47,773 bases of DNA. Origin: Desulfovibrio sp. (GTDB taxonomy: Bacteria; Bacillota; Dethiobacteria; DTU022; UBA8154). Of this stretch, positions 1 through 9,855 are shown piece by piece (positions within the stretch are counted from its first letter, which is position 1; every line of letters begins with the position of its first letter). Below the pieces are notes generated by a model. The model saw only the letters and a program-made list of their open reading frames with translations. It did not search any database and was not told the origin of the DNA. Position numbers and translations under genes: made by a program. The DNA lies in the NCBI GenBank assembly GCA_020060185.1, contig JAGVAS010000147.1, positions 1-47,773 of the forward strand, written 5' to 3'.

Positions 1-34
1 GGGGTAGGCTTTCCCAGGGCCTGCCCCGCTTTTT
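1..34 (+). terminator. Rho-independent terminator of an upstream gene
   Basis: GGGGTAGGC (1-9) pairs with GCCTGCCCC (19-27), followed by GCTTTTT. Confidence 0.65.
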
Positions 35-207
35 AAATGGAAAAACCGGGCTGTGGAAGTGTAAGGAGTTTATTTCCCGGGAAATTAACCTGCTTCTGTT
101 TATGATCAGATCTTTTAATTGTATCTCTCTTTAATTTATAATAGGATATAAATAATAATAATAATGTAGTATTTTTTGGAAGGGAGACATTAAGGAGGAG
201 GCCAGAA

Positions 208-549
208 ATGTCCAGAGGGTGGTTGCTGAGGTGGTTCCTTAATATTGCGGGTATTATCCTGGCGGCATACGTTATCAAAGGCTTTGAAGTAACTTTGTTA
301 GGTGCGATTTTCGGGTCTATTACTCTCGGTATTATTAATGCCATAATCAGGCCGGTTGTTATACTGTTAACGCTGCCTATTAATATTGTGACATTGGGGT
401 TATTTACTTTGATCGTAAACGGCCTGATGTTATGGTTGACCAGTACGGTGGTACTGGGTTTTGCCATACAGGGCTTCGGGACGGCTGTTATTTCTGCCCT
501 GGTCTTATCAATTTTTAGTTTTATAATCAGCCTTTTTGTAAAAGACTAG
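208..549 (+). CDS. YvlD/DUF360 (phage holin family 4) membrane protein
   Basis: 113 aa, hydrophobic, NAIIRPV..LLTLPINIVTLGLFTLIVNG motif; SD AGGAGGAGG. Confidence 0.85.
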   Translation: MSRGWLLRWFLNIAGIILAAYVIKGFEVTLLGAIFGSITLGIINAIIRPVVILLTLPINIVTLGLFTLIVNGLMLWLTSTVVLGFAIQGFGTAVISALVLSIFSFIISLFVKD

Positions 550-571
550 CCTTGTAAAATTCGGCAGGGAT

Positions 572-1303
572 GTGGGATATTTGCAATACGATAATGGAAT
601 GTGCCAGTCAAAAGAACAACGGGTACAGCAAATATTTGACAACATTTATAAAAAGTATGACGTGATGAATTCATTAATCAGTTTTAGATTACATAAAGCC
701 TGGCGCAGGGATATCATAAATAATCTGAAAGTCGAAGAAGGAGCGAAAATACTGGATCTTTGTTGTGGAACAGCGGAATGTACTATCGCCCTGGCCAGGA
801 AAACCGGCCCTGGCGGAAAAGTGTACGGCCTGGATTTCAACGAAAACATGTTAGAGGTTGCCCTGGAGAAAATAGGAAAACAAAAGTTGCAGAACATTGA
901 GCTTCTTTGTGGTAATGCCATGGAGCTGCCTTTTGAAGATAACCAGTTTGATTATGCCACCATCGCTTTTGGTTTACGCAATGTAGCTGATTATATGCAG
1001 GTCTTAAGGGAGATGTATAGAGTTATTAGGCCTGGTGGAAAAGCCGTTTGCCTGGAAACTTCAAGGCCGTCTTTACCTGTTTTTAGACAAGTATCCTATT
1101 TTTATATCCACATGATTGTGCCCCTGCTGGGAAAAATTTTCGCCCGGAATTGTTACAGAGAATATGCCTGGTTAGAAGATTCGACGGCGGTATTTCCGGA
1201 TAGGAAAGAGCTTGCTGAAATGTTTGCTGAAGCAGGGTTTAAGCATGTTCAAGTAAAAGCGTACTGTGGAGGGGTTGCCGTAATGCATCTTGGATATAAG
1301 TAG
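572..1303 (+). CDS. menG: Demethylmenaquinone methyltransferase (MenG/UbiE)
   Basis: YDVMNSLISF, LDLCCGT SAM motif, IAFGLRNV, RVIRPGG; true start may be ATG 599. Confidence 0.9.
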   Translation: MGYLQYDNGMCQSKEQRVQQIFDNIYKKYDVMNSLISFRLHKAWRRDIINNLKVEEGAKILDLCCGTAECTIALARKTGPGGKVYGLDFNENMLEVALEKIGKQKLQNIELLCGNAMELPFEDNQFDYATIAFGLRNVADYMQVLREMYRVIRPGGKAVCLETSRPSLPVFRQVSYFYIHMIVPLLGKIFARNCYREYAWLEDSTAVFPDRKELAEMFAEAGFKHVQVKAYCGGVAVMHLGYK

Positions 1304-1498
1304 GAAAGGCAATAAACAACCTGTTGCGTTTATTTAAATAACACGGATTAAGCAAACACCCCAGAGCTCGTCCGCAGCTTTAACGGCTGCTATTTTTTAT
1401 CCCTTTTTCTTTGGAAAGTTTTCTTAAAAAATGCCTGATGGATGAATATATAGATATTTTTGTAATATTAATTGTACTTAAAAGAGGAGGTAATTCCC

Positions 1499-1912
1499 GT
1501 GAAACCAGAAAAGATGATTAAATATCTTGTTTATGCTCTGGTCTTATTCGGTTTTCTCCTGTCATCCCAGCATGTTATAAAAGAGTTTCGAAGGATGGCC
1601 AGTATAACATATAATACTTATCCATTTATTTATGTTTCTATTTTTAGCTCCATCCTTATGGGGGTGTTAATCGGGCTGGAAGTACTTTTAAAGGAAGCCG
1701 GAAAGGGGGGCAGATGGAAGATTGATGCAGAAAAATTGCTTTTTCTGGGGCTTCCATCCCTGTATTTTACCTTTAAAAGTTTTATTCCGCTGCCGGTTTT
1801 TTCGCGTGCCTTACCTCTTCCCTTTTTGCCGCATGTAAATCCGGAAACAATATCTATTGTCGCAATAATATTGGGTTATGCTCTCGTTACAAGTTTTTAT
1901 AAAAAGGAATAG
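1499..1912 (+). CDS. Hypothetical four-TM membrane protein
   Basis: Hydrophobic ORF; GTG at 1499 follows SD AGAGGAGG. Confidence 0.7.
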   Translation: MKPEKMIKYLVYALVLFGFLLSSQHVIKEFRRMASITYNTYPFIYVSIFSSILMGVLIGLEVLLKEAGKGGRWKIDAEKLLFLGLPSLYFTFKSFIPLPVFSRALPLPFLPHVNPETISIVAIILGYALVTSFYKKE

Positions 1913-2224
1913 AAGATTTAAGTTTTGCCGAAAATTAACCCCCGGCAAAGTAAATCCGAAATTTAGCCTTTATATTTTTTCCATAATGGCAGACCTTATA
2001 CTTACCGGTACCGCCTGAATCCATTTTCTTCTGCTGCGGAAGGGTTTTTCCTCCCGGCGGTTCACCCTTTAAAGCTTTGTATTATAAGCATTAGCCCTGC
2101 AAGCCTTTTCAGCGCTTTACCCCGCTCTTCACCCTTCTTACTTAATAAAAAGGAAGGGTTTCCTTGTTATCCTAAAGAGGGAATTGAGCTTTTATAGAGA
2201 ACATTTATTAAAAAGGGGGTAAGT

Positions 2225-3007
2225 TTGGGCTTAATGAACATTGAGTATCTTGTTAAGCTATTGGAAGATTATAAAAATAACATAAAACCGCTGGATAATG
2301 TTCTTAAAGAATTAAAAAAACTACCCTATGAAGACCTGGAATTTGCCAAAGTCGATCACCACCGGGCACTGAGGCAGGGTTTTCCGGAAGTAATATTTTG
2401 CCAGGGTAAAACCATTGAACAAGTAGTAAAAATATTCCAAAACTTAGCTTCGTGCAATTACAATATCCTGGGAACCAGGGCCTCCCGGGATGCTTTTGAA
2501 GCTATACGGCCTTTGTATCCAGCGGCAAAATTTCACGAAATGGCCAGGATCATCAGCCTTATTACTAAAGAGGTCAAAAAGACTTCCCGCAAAATCCTGG
2601 TAATTTCAGCCGGGACTGCCGATATCCCGGTAGCGGAAGAGGCTGCTGTAACAGCCGAAGTTATGGGCCATAATGTGGAAAGGATTTATGATGCCGGGGT
2701 TGCGGGAATACACAGGCTTCTGGCCCACTACGAAAACCTGCATTCCGCAGCGGTAATTATTGTTGTGGCAGGGATGGAAGGGGCCTTGCCCGGCGTAGTG
2801 GGGGGGCTTGTGGATGTGCCGGTTATCGCCGTGCCTACCAGTATAGGGTACGGTGCTAACTTTAACGGGTTATCGGCCTTGCTGACCATGTTGAACAGCT
2901 GTGCCAGCGGAATCGGAGTTGTTAATATTGACAACGGATTTGGTGCGGCTGCCCTGGCAGATGCTATTATCCGCAGCGGTTTAAGAGAAAAGGAGGCAGG
3001 CAGTTGA
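2225..3007 (+). CDS. larB: Nickel-pincer cofactor carboxylase/hydrolase LarB (PurE-like)
   Basis: DHHRALRQGFPEVIFCQGKT, AGTADIPVAEEA, AGMEGALP, PTSIGYGA, VVNIDNGFGAA. Confidence 0.92.
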   Translation: MGLMNIEYLVKLLEDYKNNIKPLDNVLKELKKLPYEDLEFAKVDHHRALRQGFPEVIFCQGKTIEQVVKIFQNLASCNYNILGTRASRDAFEAIRPLYPAAKFHEMARIISLITKEVKKTSRKILVISAGTADIPVAEEAAVTAEVMGHNVERIYDAGVAGIHRLLAHYENLHSAAVIIVVAGMEGALPGVVGGLVDVPVIAVPTSIGYGANFNGLSALLTMLNSCASGIGVVNIDNGFGAAALADAIIRSGLREKEAGS

Positions 3008-3825
3008 CGGACAGAAAGGAGAAAATGTTAAAACTCAGGGAATTACTGGCCGGTTGCGGAGGAGCTGTGATCGCTTACTCCGGTGGAGTAGACAGTACTT
3101 TTTTGGCCAGGGTGGCCCATGAAGTGCTGGGAGAACGGGTTCTGGCGGTAACGGCATTTTCAGAAACCTACCCGGACCATGAACAAAAAGCAGCCCTGGA
3201 GACGGCCCAACAGCTGGGGCTGCCACACCTGACCATTTATACGGATGAACTGGCAAATGAACAATTTGCAGCCAACCCGCCTGAACGTTGTTATTTTTGC
3301 AAGAAAGAATTATTCGGCAAGCTCCTGGATATTGCAAGGAAACATGGGCTTGCCTGTGTACTGGATGGGGCGAATTATGATGATCAATTCGATTTCCGCC
3401 CTGGTATGCAGGCTGCCCGGGAACTGGGGATAAGGAGCCCTTTAAAAGAAGCCGGGCTTACCAAAGAAGATATCCGGGAACTTTCCAGGGAAATGGGCCT
3501 TCCTACGTGGGATAAACCTTCTTTGGCCTGCCTGTCCTCTCGTTTTCCCTACGGGGAGCGTATAACCAGGGAAAAGTTAAGCAGGGTAAGAGAGGCGGAG
3601 GATTACCTTCGCTCCACTGGTATAAATGTATTAAGGGTAAGACACCACGGAAATATAGCCCGCATTGAGGTAACTTATGATGATTTTCCCAGGATAATAG
3701 GCGCAGCTGGTAAAATTGTAGAACAGCTGAAAGCATTTGGTTATAACTATGTAACCCTGGATCTCCAGGGTTTCCGTTCAGGAAGTATGAATGAGGTTTT
3801 AGATGTAACTTCAGCAGAATCGTGA
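3004..3825 (+). CDS. larE: ATP-dependent sulfur insertase LarE
   Basis: PP-loop SGGVDS, CYFCK, RPGMQAA, WDKPSLACLSSRFPYG, RVRHHG; overlaps larB stop. Confidence 0.92.
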   Translation: MTDRKEKMLKLRELLAGCGGAVIAYSGGVDSTFLARVAHEVLGERVLAVTAFSETYPDHEQKAALETAQQLGLPHLTIYTDELANEQFAANPPERCYFCKKELFGKLLDIARKHGLACVLDGANYDDQFDFRPGMQAARELGIRSPLKEAGLTKEDIRELSREMGLPTWDKPSLACLSSRFPYGERITREKLSRVREAEDYLRSTGINVLRVRHHGNIARIEVTYDDFPRIIGAAGKIVEQLKAFGYNYVTLDLQGFRSGSMNEVLDVTSAES

Positions 3826-3951
3826 TAAAAATACAACATAAATAGACCATAAATATCCCCGGTGGGAAATGGAAAATTTGTTCTTTATTTGTTAACTATT
3901 ATAGGATAGACAACTGGATCGCTTTTTAATGCTGTTAATCGCCAGAAGCTA

Positions 3952-3980
3952 TTGACAAGTCTTTAAAAGTACGGTAAAAA
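3952..3980 (+). promoter_or_regulatory. Putative sigmaA promoter of the first trp leader
   Basis: TTGACA-N17-TAAAAA, about 40 nt before the T-box stem I. Confidence 0.5.
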
Positions 3981-4017
3981 GTAAATATAATTTTTTGTAG
4001 TTCAAGTATGGTTAATA

Positions 4018-4305
4018 ACAGTGAACGAGACTAGTAGCCCTCAAGCGGAGGTCCAGAGAGCCGGGGGAGGTGGAAGCCCGGTCCTAGCGCAGGTGGTGAA
4101 TGGACTCGAGAGTTGCAAAGACGAAAGGTGAAACCTGAGTAGTTTTTGCCGGAGTGAGCACCGTTAGCAGAGCTCAGGGTATCGTCCTCGGAAAGCCTGG
4201 GCCGTACCTGAAGGAGATGCCGGTGACTTTTGTTTTGCCGGCAATTAAGGTGGCACCGCGGAAGCAAGCCTCTCGCCCTTATTTGGGCAAGAGGCTTTTT
4301 AATTT
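4018..4305 (+). ncRNA. T-box riboswitch, Trp-specific
   Basis: AGTA and AGAGA motifs; specifier GAA-TGG (TGG 4101-4103); T-box AAGGTGGCACCGCG 4247-4260; terminator AAGCCTCTCGCCC/GGGCAAGAGGCTT plus T run. Confidence 0.93.
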
Positions 4306-4322
4306 TAAAAGGAGGAATTGTT

Positions 4323-4439
4323 ATGTTTTTACTTCTTAATCAATGGGCCTGGCCCGTAAGGGCCTGTGAAAAAAATTGTTTTACCGTAAATCGCAGAGAT
4401 TTTAGAATAAACCTGAACCCCAAAGAAGGGAGAATGTAG
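4323..4439 (+). CDS. Putative 38-aa Trp-containing leader peptide (MFLLLNQWAWPVR...)
   Basis: SD AGGAGG 4310-4315, ATG 4323, W-A-W codons, stop 3 nt before the trpD ATG. Confidence 0.4.
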   Translation: MFLLLNQWAWPVRACEKNCFTVNRRDFRINLNPKEGRM

Positions 4440-4442
4440 ACC

Positions 4443-5477
4443 ATGAAAGACATTTTACAGAAAATATCCAGAGGGCAAGAGCTGGGCCAATCTGAAATAG
4501 ATGACCTGATCTTTGGTATCAAAGAAGATCGTTTTTCCCAAACACAAATAGCAGGATTTCTGATGGCTCTCCTGATGAAAGGCCCTACAACCGGTGAGAT
4601 AGTCGCTATTGCCAGGGCCATGCGGAAAGCCTGTATTCCCATCAGCCCAAGAATTAATGCTGAATTGACCGATACCTGTGGGACAGGTGGCGGGCTTACC
4701 ACTTACAATGTCAGTAGCGCCAATGCACTGCTTTCAGCTGCCGCCGGCGTTAAGATTGCCAAGCACGGTTCTCGTTCTATTTCCGCTTCTTCGGGAAGCG
4801 CTGACGTTTTGGAAGCGCTGGGAATAGAAGTGGAGTTAGAACCCGGCCAGGCGGAAATGCTTATCGAAGAAGTTGGTTTTTCTTTCCTCTATGCCCCTCT
4901 TTTTCATCCGGTGATGATGAAAGTGTTTGCTCCGGAAAATGACCTGGGCATCAAAACCATTTTCTTTACCATCATCGGCCCCCTCATAAACCCTGCCAAT
5001 GCCAAAAGACATGTTCTCGGTGTTTACCAGCCCCAGCTGGTAGAACAGGTGGCCGAGGTAATAGCAGAGCTGGATTTTACCCATGCCATGGTTATTTACG
5101 GCCTTGATGGGGTTGACGAGATTTCACTTCTGGGAGAAACCAAAATAGCGGAAATTAAAGAAGGAAAGATAAAAAATTATACTATTACCCCGGAAGAATT
5201 TGGTATGAACCGCTGTACCATAGATCAGATCCAGGGGGGAAACCCTGAGTCCAACGCCAGGACTATTCTGGATATATTTAACGGGAAAGAGAAGGGCCCC
5301 AAACGGGATATGCTGCTGCTGAATGCGGGGGCTACGCTGGTGGTTGCAGGTAAGGCTTCTTCTCTGCACGAGGGAATAGCACAGGCTCAGGAGACTTTGG
5401 ATTCCGGTCAAGCTATGGCCAAGCTCATGGAGATTCGCAGTAGATCCCGGGAATTAAAGGGGGTAAGCGTGGGTTGA
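4443..5477 (+). CDS. trpD: Divergent anthranilate phosphoribosyltransferase-family enzyme (TrpD-like)
   Basis: DTCGTGG, GSADVLEALG, GPLINPA, GVDEIS retained; KHGS replaces KHGN and APEND replaces PARK. Confidence 0.88.
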   Translation: MKDILQKISRGQELGQSEIDDLIFGIKEDRFSQTQIAGFLMALLMKGPTTGEIVAIARAMRKACIPISPRINAELTDTCGTGGGLTTYNVSSANALLSAAAGVKIAKHGSRSISASSGSADVLEALGIEVELEPGQAEMLIEEVGFSFLYAPLFHPVMMKVFAPENDLGIKTIFFTIIGPLINPANAKRHVLGVYQPQLVEQVAEVIAELDFTHAMVIYGLDGVDEISLLGETKIAEIKEGKIKNYTITPEEFGMNRCTIDQIQGGNPESNARTILDIFNGKEKGPKRDMLLLNAGATLVVAGKASSLHEGIAQAQETLDSGQAMAKLMEIRSRSRELKGVSVG

Positions 5478-6223
5478 ACCTGCCGGAGTCTATAAGGCTT
5501 GCTCGATCCAGGGGGGTAGTCCCCATTGTTGCCGAGATAAAAAGGTTAATTCCCAAACTGGCAGCCGAGTATGGCCGGCCCCGCGATGAGCGGGAGGCCG
5601 GCCAGCTGGCCAGTTTGTACCAAACAGGTGGAGCTGCCGGGATTTCCCTTGTTACGGAACAGCAGCATTTTGGTGGAGAGCCCGAAAAAGACGTTCCTGC
5701 AGTCCTGCAGGCCACCTCTTTGCCCTTGCTTATCAAGGATTTTATCCTGGATTCCGCCAGGGTAGACTTTTATGCAGGGATTCTTGGAGGAATTGACCCC
5801 AGTTTTACCCGGAGGGCAACCTTGCTTCTTCATGCCCATATGCTTGGCGAGCAGCTCCCTGCCATGCTGGGGTACGTTTATTCCTGCGGGATGCACGCTC
5901 TCATTGAAACAAGGGGACCGCAAGATCTCCATTACCTGAGCAGGCTGGGTAGAAGAGCGCTAATGGTTGGCATAAATAACAAAAATATTGACGAGCTGGA
6001 AATGGGGAAAGATCAGGTACGCATAACTCCGGAGATTATCGCCGGCTACCGTGAGATGATAGGAGATGCTGTCATAATAAGCCAGAGCGCCCACCGGAGC
6101 ACGGCGGATATACGGCGTTCAATAGAGGCTGGAGCTGATGCGGTGCTGGTCGGTACCGCCTTAATGCTCTCCCGGGATCCTGCCGGGACGGTTTCCTCTT
6201 TTGTGCGGGCCGGAGGGGGTTAA
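5474..6223 (+). CDS. trpC: Divergent indole-3-glycerol-phosphate synthase-family enzyme (TrpC-like)
   Basis: AEIK, LVTEQQHFGG, KDFI, GINN, AVLVGTALM; lacks the N-terminal helix and the SPS motif. Confidence 0.8.
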   Translation: MNLPESIRLARSRGVVPIVAEIKRLIPKLAAEYGRPRDEREAGQLASLYQTGGAAGISLVTEQQHFGGEPEKDVPAVLQATSLPLLIKDFILDSARVDFYAGILGGIDPSFTRRATLLLHAHMLGEQLPAMLGYVYSCGMHALIETRGPQDLHYLSRLGRRALMVGINNKNIDELEMGKDQVRITPEIIAGYREMIGDAVIISQSAHRSTADIRRSIEAGADAVLVGTALMLSRDPAGTVSSFVRAGGG

Positions 6224-6224
6224 A

Positions 6225-6893
6225 ATGACCAGGGTGATGCTTTGTGGCAGCAGAAATGCTGGAGATATTCGCTTGATGGTGGAGGAGGGGGCCGATGCTA
6301 TCGGATTGATTACTGAGGTGAGGCAGGAAATCTCCTGCCGGCTTTCCCTTAAAGAGGCCCGGCATCTCTGTACCCTTATTCCACCTATGATATCCGGGAT
6401 CCTTATTCTTACCGAGGAACGGGAAGAAGAGGTATACCGAATGGTAAGATACGTTTGTCCCGATGCGGTGCAGCTGCATGGATTCAATACCCCTGAGGAT
6501 GTTGCTTTTCTGAGGAGGAAACTTAATAGCAAGATTATCAAAACCCTTCATTTCCAGGATGGTTGTATGGCAGAAGGAGGCAATCCTGAAGGCGTTGCCC
6601 TGGAGTACTTAAAAGCCGGGGCAGATGCTATCTTGCTGGACACTTACGGTGAAAGCAAATATGGATCGACCGGCAGGACCTTTGACTGGGATACTGCACG
6701 CCGTATAAGGGACGTGCTCTGGCCCAGGCCTCTTATTCTTGCCGGTGGTTTACATGTGGATAATGTGGCAGTGGCGTTGAGAGCAGTGCAGCCGTATGCA
6801 GTTGATGCCTTTAGTGCCGTCACTTCGGAAGGAAAACTGGATAGGGCAAAGGTACGGGATTTTATGGCAGCGGTAAGGCGATGCCAGCGGTAA
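6225..6893 (+). CDS. trpF: Phosphoribosylanthranilate isomerase (divergent copy)
   Basis: [30 protein letters not shown]. Confidence 0.85.
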   Translation: MTRVMLCGSRNAGDIRLMVEEGADAIGLITEVRQEISCRLSLKEARHLCTLIPPMISGILILTEEREEEVYRMVRYVCPDAVQLHGFNTPEDVAFLRRKLNSKIIKTLHFQDGCMAEGGNPEGVALEYLKAGADAILLDTYGESKYGSTGRTFDWDTARRIRDVLWPRPLILAGGLHVDNVAVALRAVQPYAVDAFSAVTSEGKLDRAKVRDFMAAVRRCQR

Positions 6894-6937
6894 TGGGGAA
6901 GTTTTTTCAAAACAGCAAAAGACAGGAGTGCATGCGC

Positions 6938-8125
6938 ATGGTACCGGATGAACGGGGTTATTTTGGAGAATTTGGCGGACGGTTTGTCCCCGAAGTGTTA
7001 ATTCCCGCCCTGGAAGAACTTACGGAGGCGTACCGGTGGGCCAAAGAAGATCCCGCCTTTCAGGAAGAACTTCACTGCTTATCAAGGTTCTGGTCGGGAC
7101 GCCCCACACCTCTTTATGAGGCGAAGCGCCTTAGCGAACTGCGGGGAGGCGCCCGCATTTACCTGAAACGGGAAGATCTTTTGCATACAGGAGCGCACAA
7201 GATCAACAATGCTTTAGGACAGGGGCTGCTGGCCAAAAAGATAGGGAAAAAACGCCTGGTGGCCGAAACAGGGGCTGGACAGCACGGTGTGGCTGTTGCC
7301 GCAGCCTCTGCCCTGCTGGGACTGCAATGTGTTGTTTATATGGGGGAAGAGGATGTTTACAGGCAGGCTCCCAACGTCAATCGCATGCAGCTTCTGGGGG
7401 CGGAAGTAAAAGCTGTTACCAGCGGAAGCAAAACCCTCAAAGATGCAATTAATGAAGCTATCCGCGACTGGGTGACTAATGTAAAGAGCACTTACTACCT
7501 GTTGGGTTCAGCTGTGGGACCGCATCCCTATCCCTTGATGGTACGGGAGTTCCAGGCAGTTATCGGGAGAGAAGCAAGGGAGCAGGTGCTGGCGTTAAGG
7601 GGCGCTTTGCCCGATTATGTTATAGCCTGTGTAGGCGGAGGTTCCAATGCGATAGGGATATTTTATCCTTTTTTAAACGATGTTCAGGTCAAGCTGGTAG
7701 GTGTGGAGGCGGGTGGCCAGGGGCTTGATAGCGGTAAACACGCTGCTTCCCTGGCGGCAGGAAAAGTTGGGGTGCTGCACGGGGCAAAGTCTTTTGTATT
7801 GCAGAATAAGGCCGGTCAGATTCAAGCCACTCACAGTATTTCCGCCGGACTGGATTACCCCGGCGTAGGCCCGGAACACAGTTATCTGAAAAATACCGGC
7901 CGTGCTCAATACGTGGTTGTGGAGGACAGTCAGGCTCTTCAGGCTTTCATGCTTCTCAGCAACACGGAGGGGATTATACCAGCTCTGGAGCCTGCTCATG
8001 CCATCGCTTATGCCCTTAACCTGGCCGGCTCCCTGGAGCAGGATCAGGCCATTGTCGTTAATCTCTCCGGCCGTGGAGACAAGGATATGGAGATCGTGAG
8101 CAAAATGCTGGAGGTGAAGCAATGA
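6938..8125 (+). CDS. trpB: Tryptophan synthase beta chain
   Basis: [52 protein letters not shown]; start placed after SD CAGGAG. Confidence 0.97.
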   Translation: MVPDERGYFGEFGGRFVPEVLIPALEELTEAYRWAKEDPAFQEELHCLSRFWSGRPTPLYEAKRLSELRGGARIYLKREDLLHTGAHKINNALGQGLLAKKIGKKRLVAETGAGQHGVAVAAASALLGLQCVVYMGEEDVYRQAPNVNRMQLLGAEVKAVTSGSKTLKDAINEAIRDWVTNVKSTYYLLGSAVGPHPYPLMVREFQAVIGREAREQVLALRGALPDYVIACVGGGSNAIGIFYPFLNDVQVKLVGVEAGGQGLDSGKHAASLAAGKVGVLHGAKSFVLQNKAGQIQATHSISAGLDYPGVGPEHSYLKNTGRAQYVVVEDSQALQAFMLLSNTEGIIPALEPAHAIAYALNLAGSLEQDQAIVVNLSGRGDKDMEIVSKMLEVKQ

Positions 8126-8910
8126 CGCACATCGCTTCTGTGTTTGCCGGAAAGGAACATGCCGCCCTTATTGCCTTTATTACGGTAGGCTATCCTACCC
8201 TTGAGGCCACGCTGGAGGCGGTACCGTTGCTGGAAAAATGCGGCGTCGATATGGTGGAGCTGGGCATCCCTTTCTCCGACCCGCTAGCTGACGGCATAAC
8301 CATCCAGCAGGCCAGCCAAAAAGCCCTGCAAAATGGAATTACACCGGCTGCCTGCCTGGAGGCTGCCCGCCTCATCAGGCAGAAGACGGATCTGCCCCTG
8401 CTCTTTATGACCTACTATAATCCCGTCCTTTGCTATGGTCCGGATCTTTTCTGCGCTGACTCTTTCCGTGCCGGTATCGACGGGCTAATCGTTCCGGATT
8501 TGCCCCTGGAGGAGGCCGGTCTTTTGGAAGAAATCACCTGCAGGAACAACCTGGATTTAATCTATCTTATTGCTCCTACCAGTCCCGAGGATCGCATCAG
8601 GCAGGCTGCACAGCGTTCGCGGGGATTTATCTACCTGGTCTCGGTCACAGGGGTTACCGGCATGAGGAAAGACCTTCCCGAAGGATCGGCCGGGTTTGCT
8701 GCCAGGGTCAAAAGATTTTCCGACAAGCCGTTATGCATGGGCTTTGGAATATCCACACCGCAGCAGGCGGCACTGGTGGCAGGCAGTGTGGACGGCGTCA
8801 TCGTCGGCAGCAGTATTGTCCATCTAATGGGCAGCCAAAGGGACTGGAAACCAGCCGTTTCCGAATTTGTTTGCTCTCTTAAAAAGGCCATAATGGAGAG
8901 CGGGAAGTAA
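8122..8910 (+). CDS. trpA: Tryptophan synthase alpha chain
   Basis: [33 protein letters not shown]. Confidence 0.97.
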   Translation: MTHIASVFAGKEHAALIAFITVGYPTLEATLEAVPLLEKCGVDMVELGIPFSDPLADGITIQQASQKALQNGITPAACLEAARLIRQKTDLPLLFMTYYNPVLCYGPDLFCADSFRAGIDGLIVPDLPLEEAGLLEEITCRNNLDLIYLIAPTSPEDRIRQAAQRSRGFIYLVSVTGVTGMRKDLPEGSAGFAARVKRFSDKPLCMGFGISTPQQAALVAGSVDGVIVGSSIVHLMGSQRDWKPAVSEFVCSLKKAIMESGK

Positions 8911-8973
8911 TTTAAAAGGGTATTACCGCTTGAAACTGCCGCCCTGTTACAAGCCCTGCAAGATGCTGGATGC

Positions 8974-9810
8974 TCACAAAAATGTTTGCCCGGCAAGGGG
9001 GTAGCTTCCTAGTATTTTTAAGAATAAAACTTTTTCTTTTATCTCCTTCAGTGCACGGGCAACTTTTGTATCTTTCCGGTGCCCTTCAACGTCCAGGAAA
9101 AATTTATATTTTCCCAGGTCGCCACGAACAGGGCGGGATTCTATTTTTGTGAGGTTAAGTTTATAGCGGGCAAAAATGCCAAGGGCCGAATATAAGCTTC
9201 CCGGCCTGTCATGCAACCCAATTAGTAAAGATGTTTTATCATTCCCCGTCCAGGGGGCGTCAGCCAGGGCGAGGAGCAGAAAACGGGTGATATTAGAGGG
9301 CTCATCCTGGATGTTCTCCTGGAGCACCTCCAGGCCGTAAAGCCAGGCAGCACGCCGGGAGGCAATAACGGCCTTTCCTTCGTTCTGGCTCGCCAGCGCA
9401 ACAGCTTCTGCAGTGCTGGCCATACTGATACGGGATGCTTCCGGGATGATTCTATCTAAATAGATACGGCACTGGGCCAGGGCCTGGGGATGGGAATAGA
9501 CCTCCTTGATCTTTGCAATTTCCTGTCCGGGGCGGGCAAGCAGGCAATGCTGTACTCTTAAGAGCAGCTCACCCTTTATCTTCACCGGGCTGTTTTTGGA
9601 TAAAAGGTCAAGGGTCAGGTTTACGGTTCCCTCCAGGGAGTTTTCCACCGGGACCACCCCCTGAACAACCTCTTTTTTTTCCACCGCAGTGAAAATCCGG
9701 TCCATAGTGGGGTAGGGTTTTGGCCGTAAAGATTGGCTGGTGCAATATCTTACCGCTAATTCCTCGCTAAAAGTTCCCGGCGGCCCCAGGTAGCCCAGCA
9801 AGTTTCTCAT
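8974..9810 (-). CDS. pheA: Prephenate dehydratase with ACT domain
   Basis: YLGPPGTFSE, PVENSLEG, SHPQALAQC, NITRF, NLTKIESRP. Confidence 0.95.
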   Translation of the reverse strand: MRNLLGYLGPPGTFSEELAVRYCTSQSLRPKPYPTMDRIFTAVEKKEVVQGVVPVENSLEGTVNLTLDLLSKNSPVKIKGELLLRVQHCLLARPGQEIAKIKEVYSHPQALAQCRIYLDRIIPEASRISMASTAEAVALASQNEGKAVIASRRAAWLYGLEVLQENIQDEPSNITRFLLLALADAPWTGNDKTSLLIGLHDRPGSLYSALGIFARYKLNLTKIESRPVRGDLGKYKFFLDVEGHRKDTKVARALKEIKEKVLFLKILGSYPLAGQTFL

Positions 9811-9855
9811 TCTTGTAACCTCCTTTCCTATGTACTTTTTAGGAAAGAAAAGAAT

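Noticed and set aside
208-549. Prophage signalled by a 'phage holin family' gene
   Set aside because: YvlD/DUF360 is a common chromosomal gene; no phage genes or integrase nearby.
1963-2025. Minus-strand mini-ORF MDSGGTGKYKVCHYGKKYKG resembling a SEC-C motif
   Set aside because: Only 20 codons, lacks the required cysteines and has no clear SD; likely chance.
4031-4339. ORFs overlapping T-box leaders (also 11062-11526 and 15727-16136)
   Set aside because: They coincide with structured RNA or repeat sequence and show no protein motifs.
4443-5477. TrpD' as a non-catalytic YbiB/TrpD2 nucleic-acid-binding protein
   Set aside because: It retains the PRPP glycine loop, GSAD and the metal-binding DE, and is coupled to trpC'F'BA under a Trp T-box.
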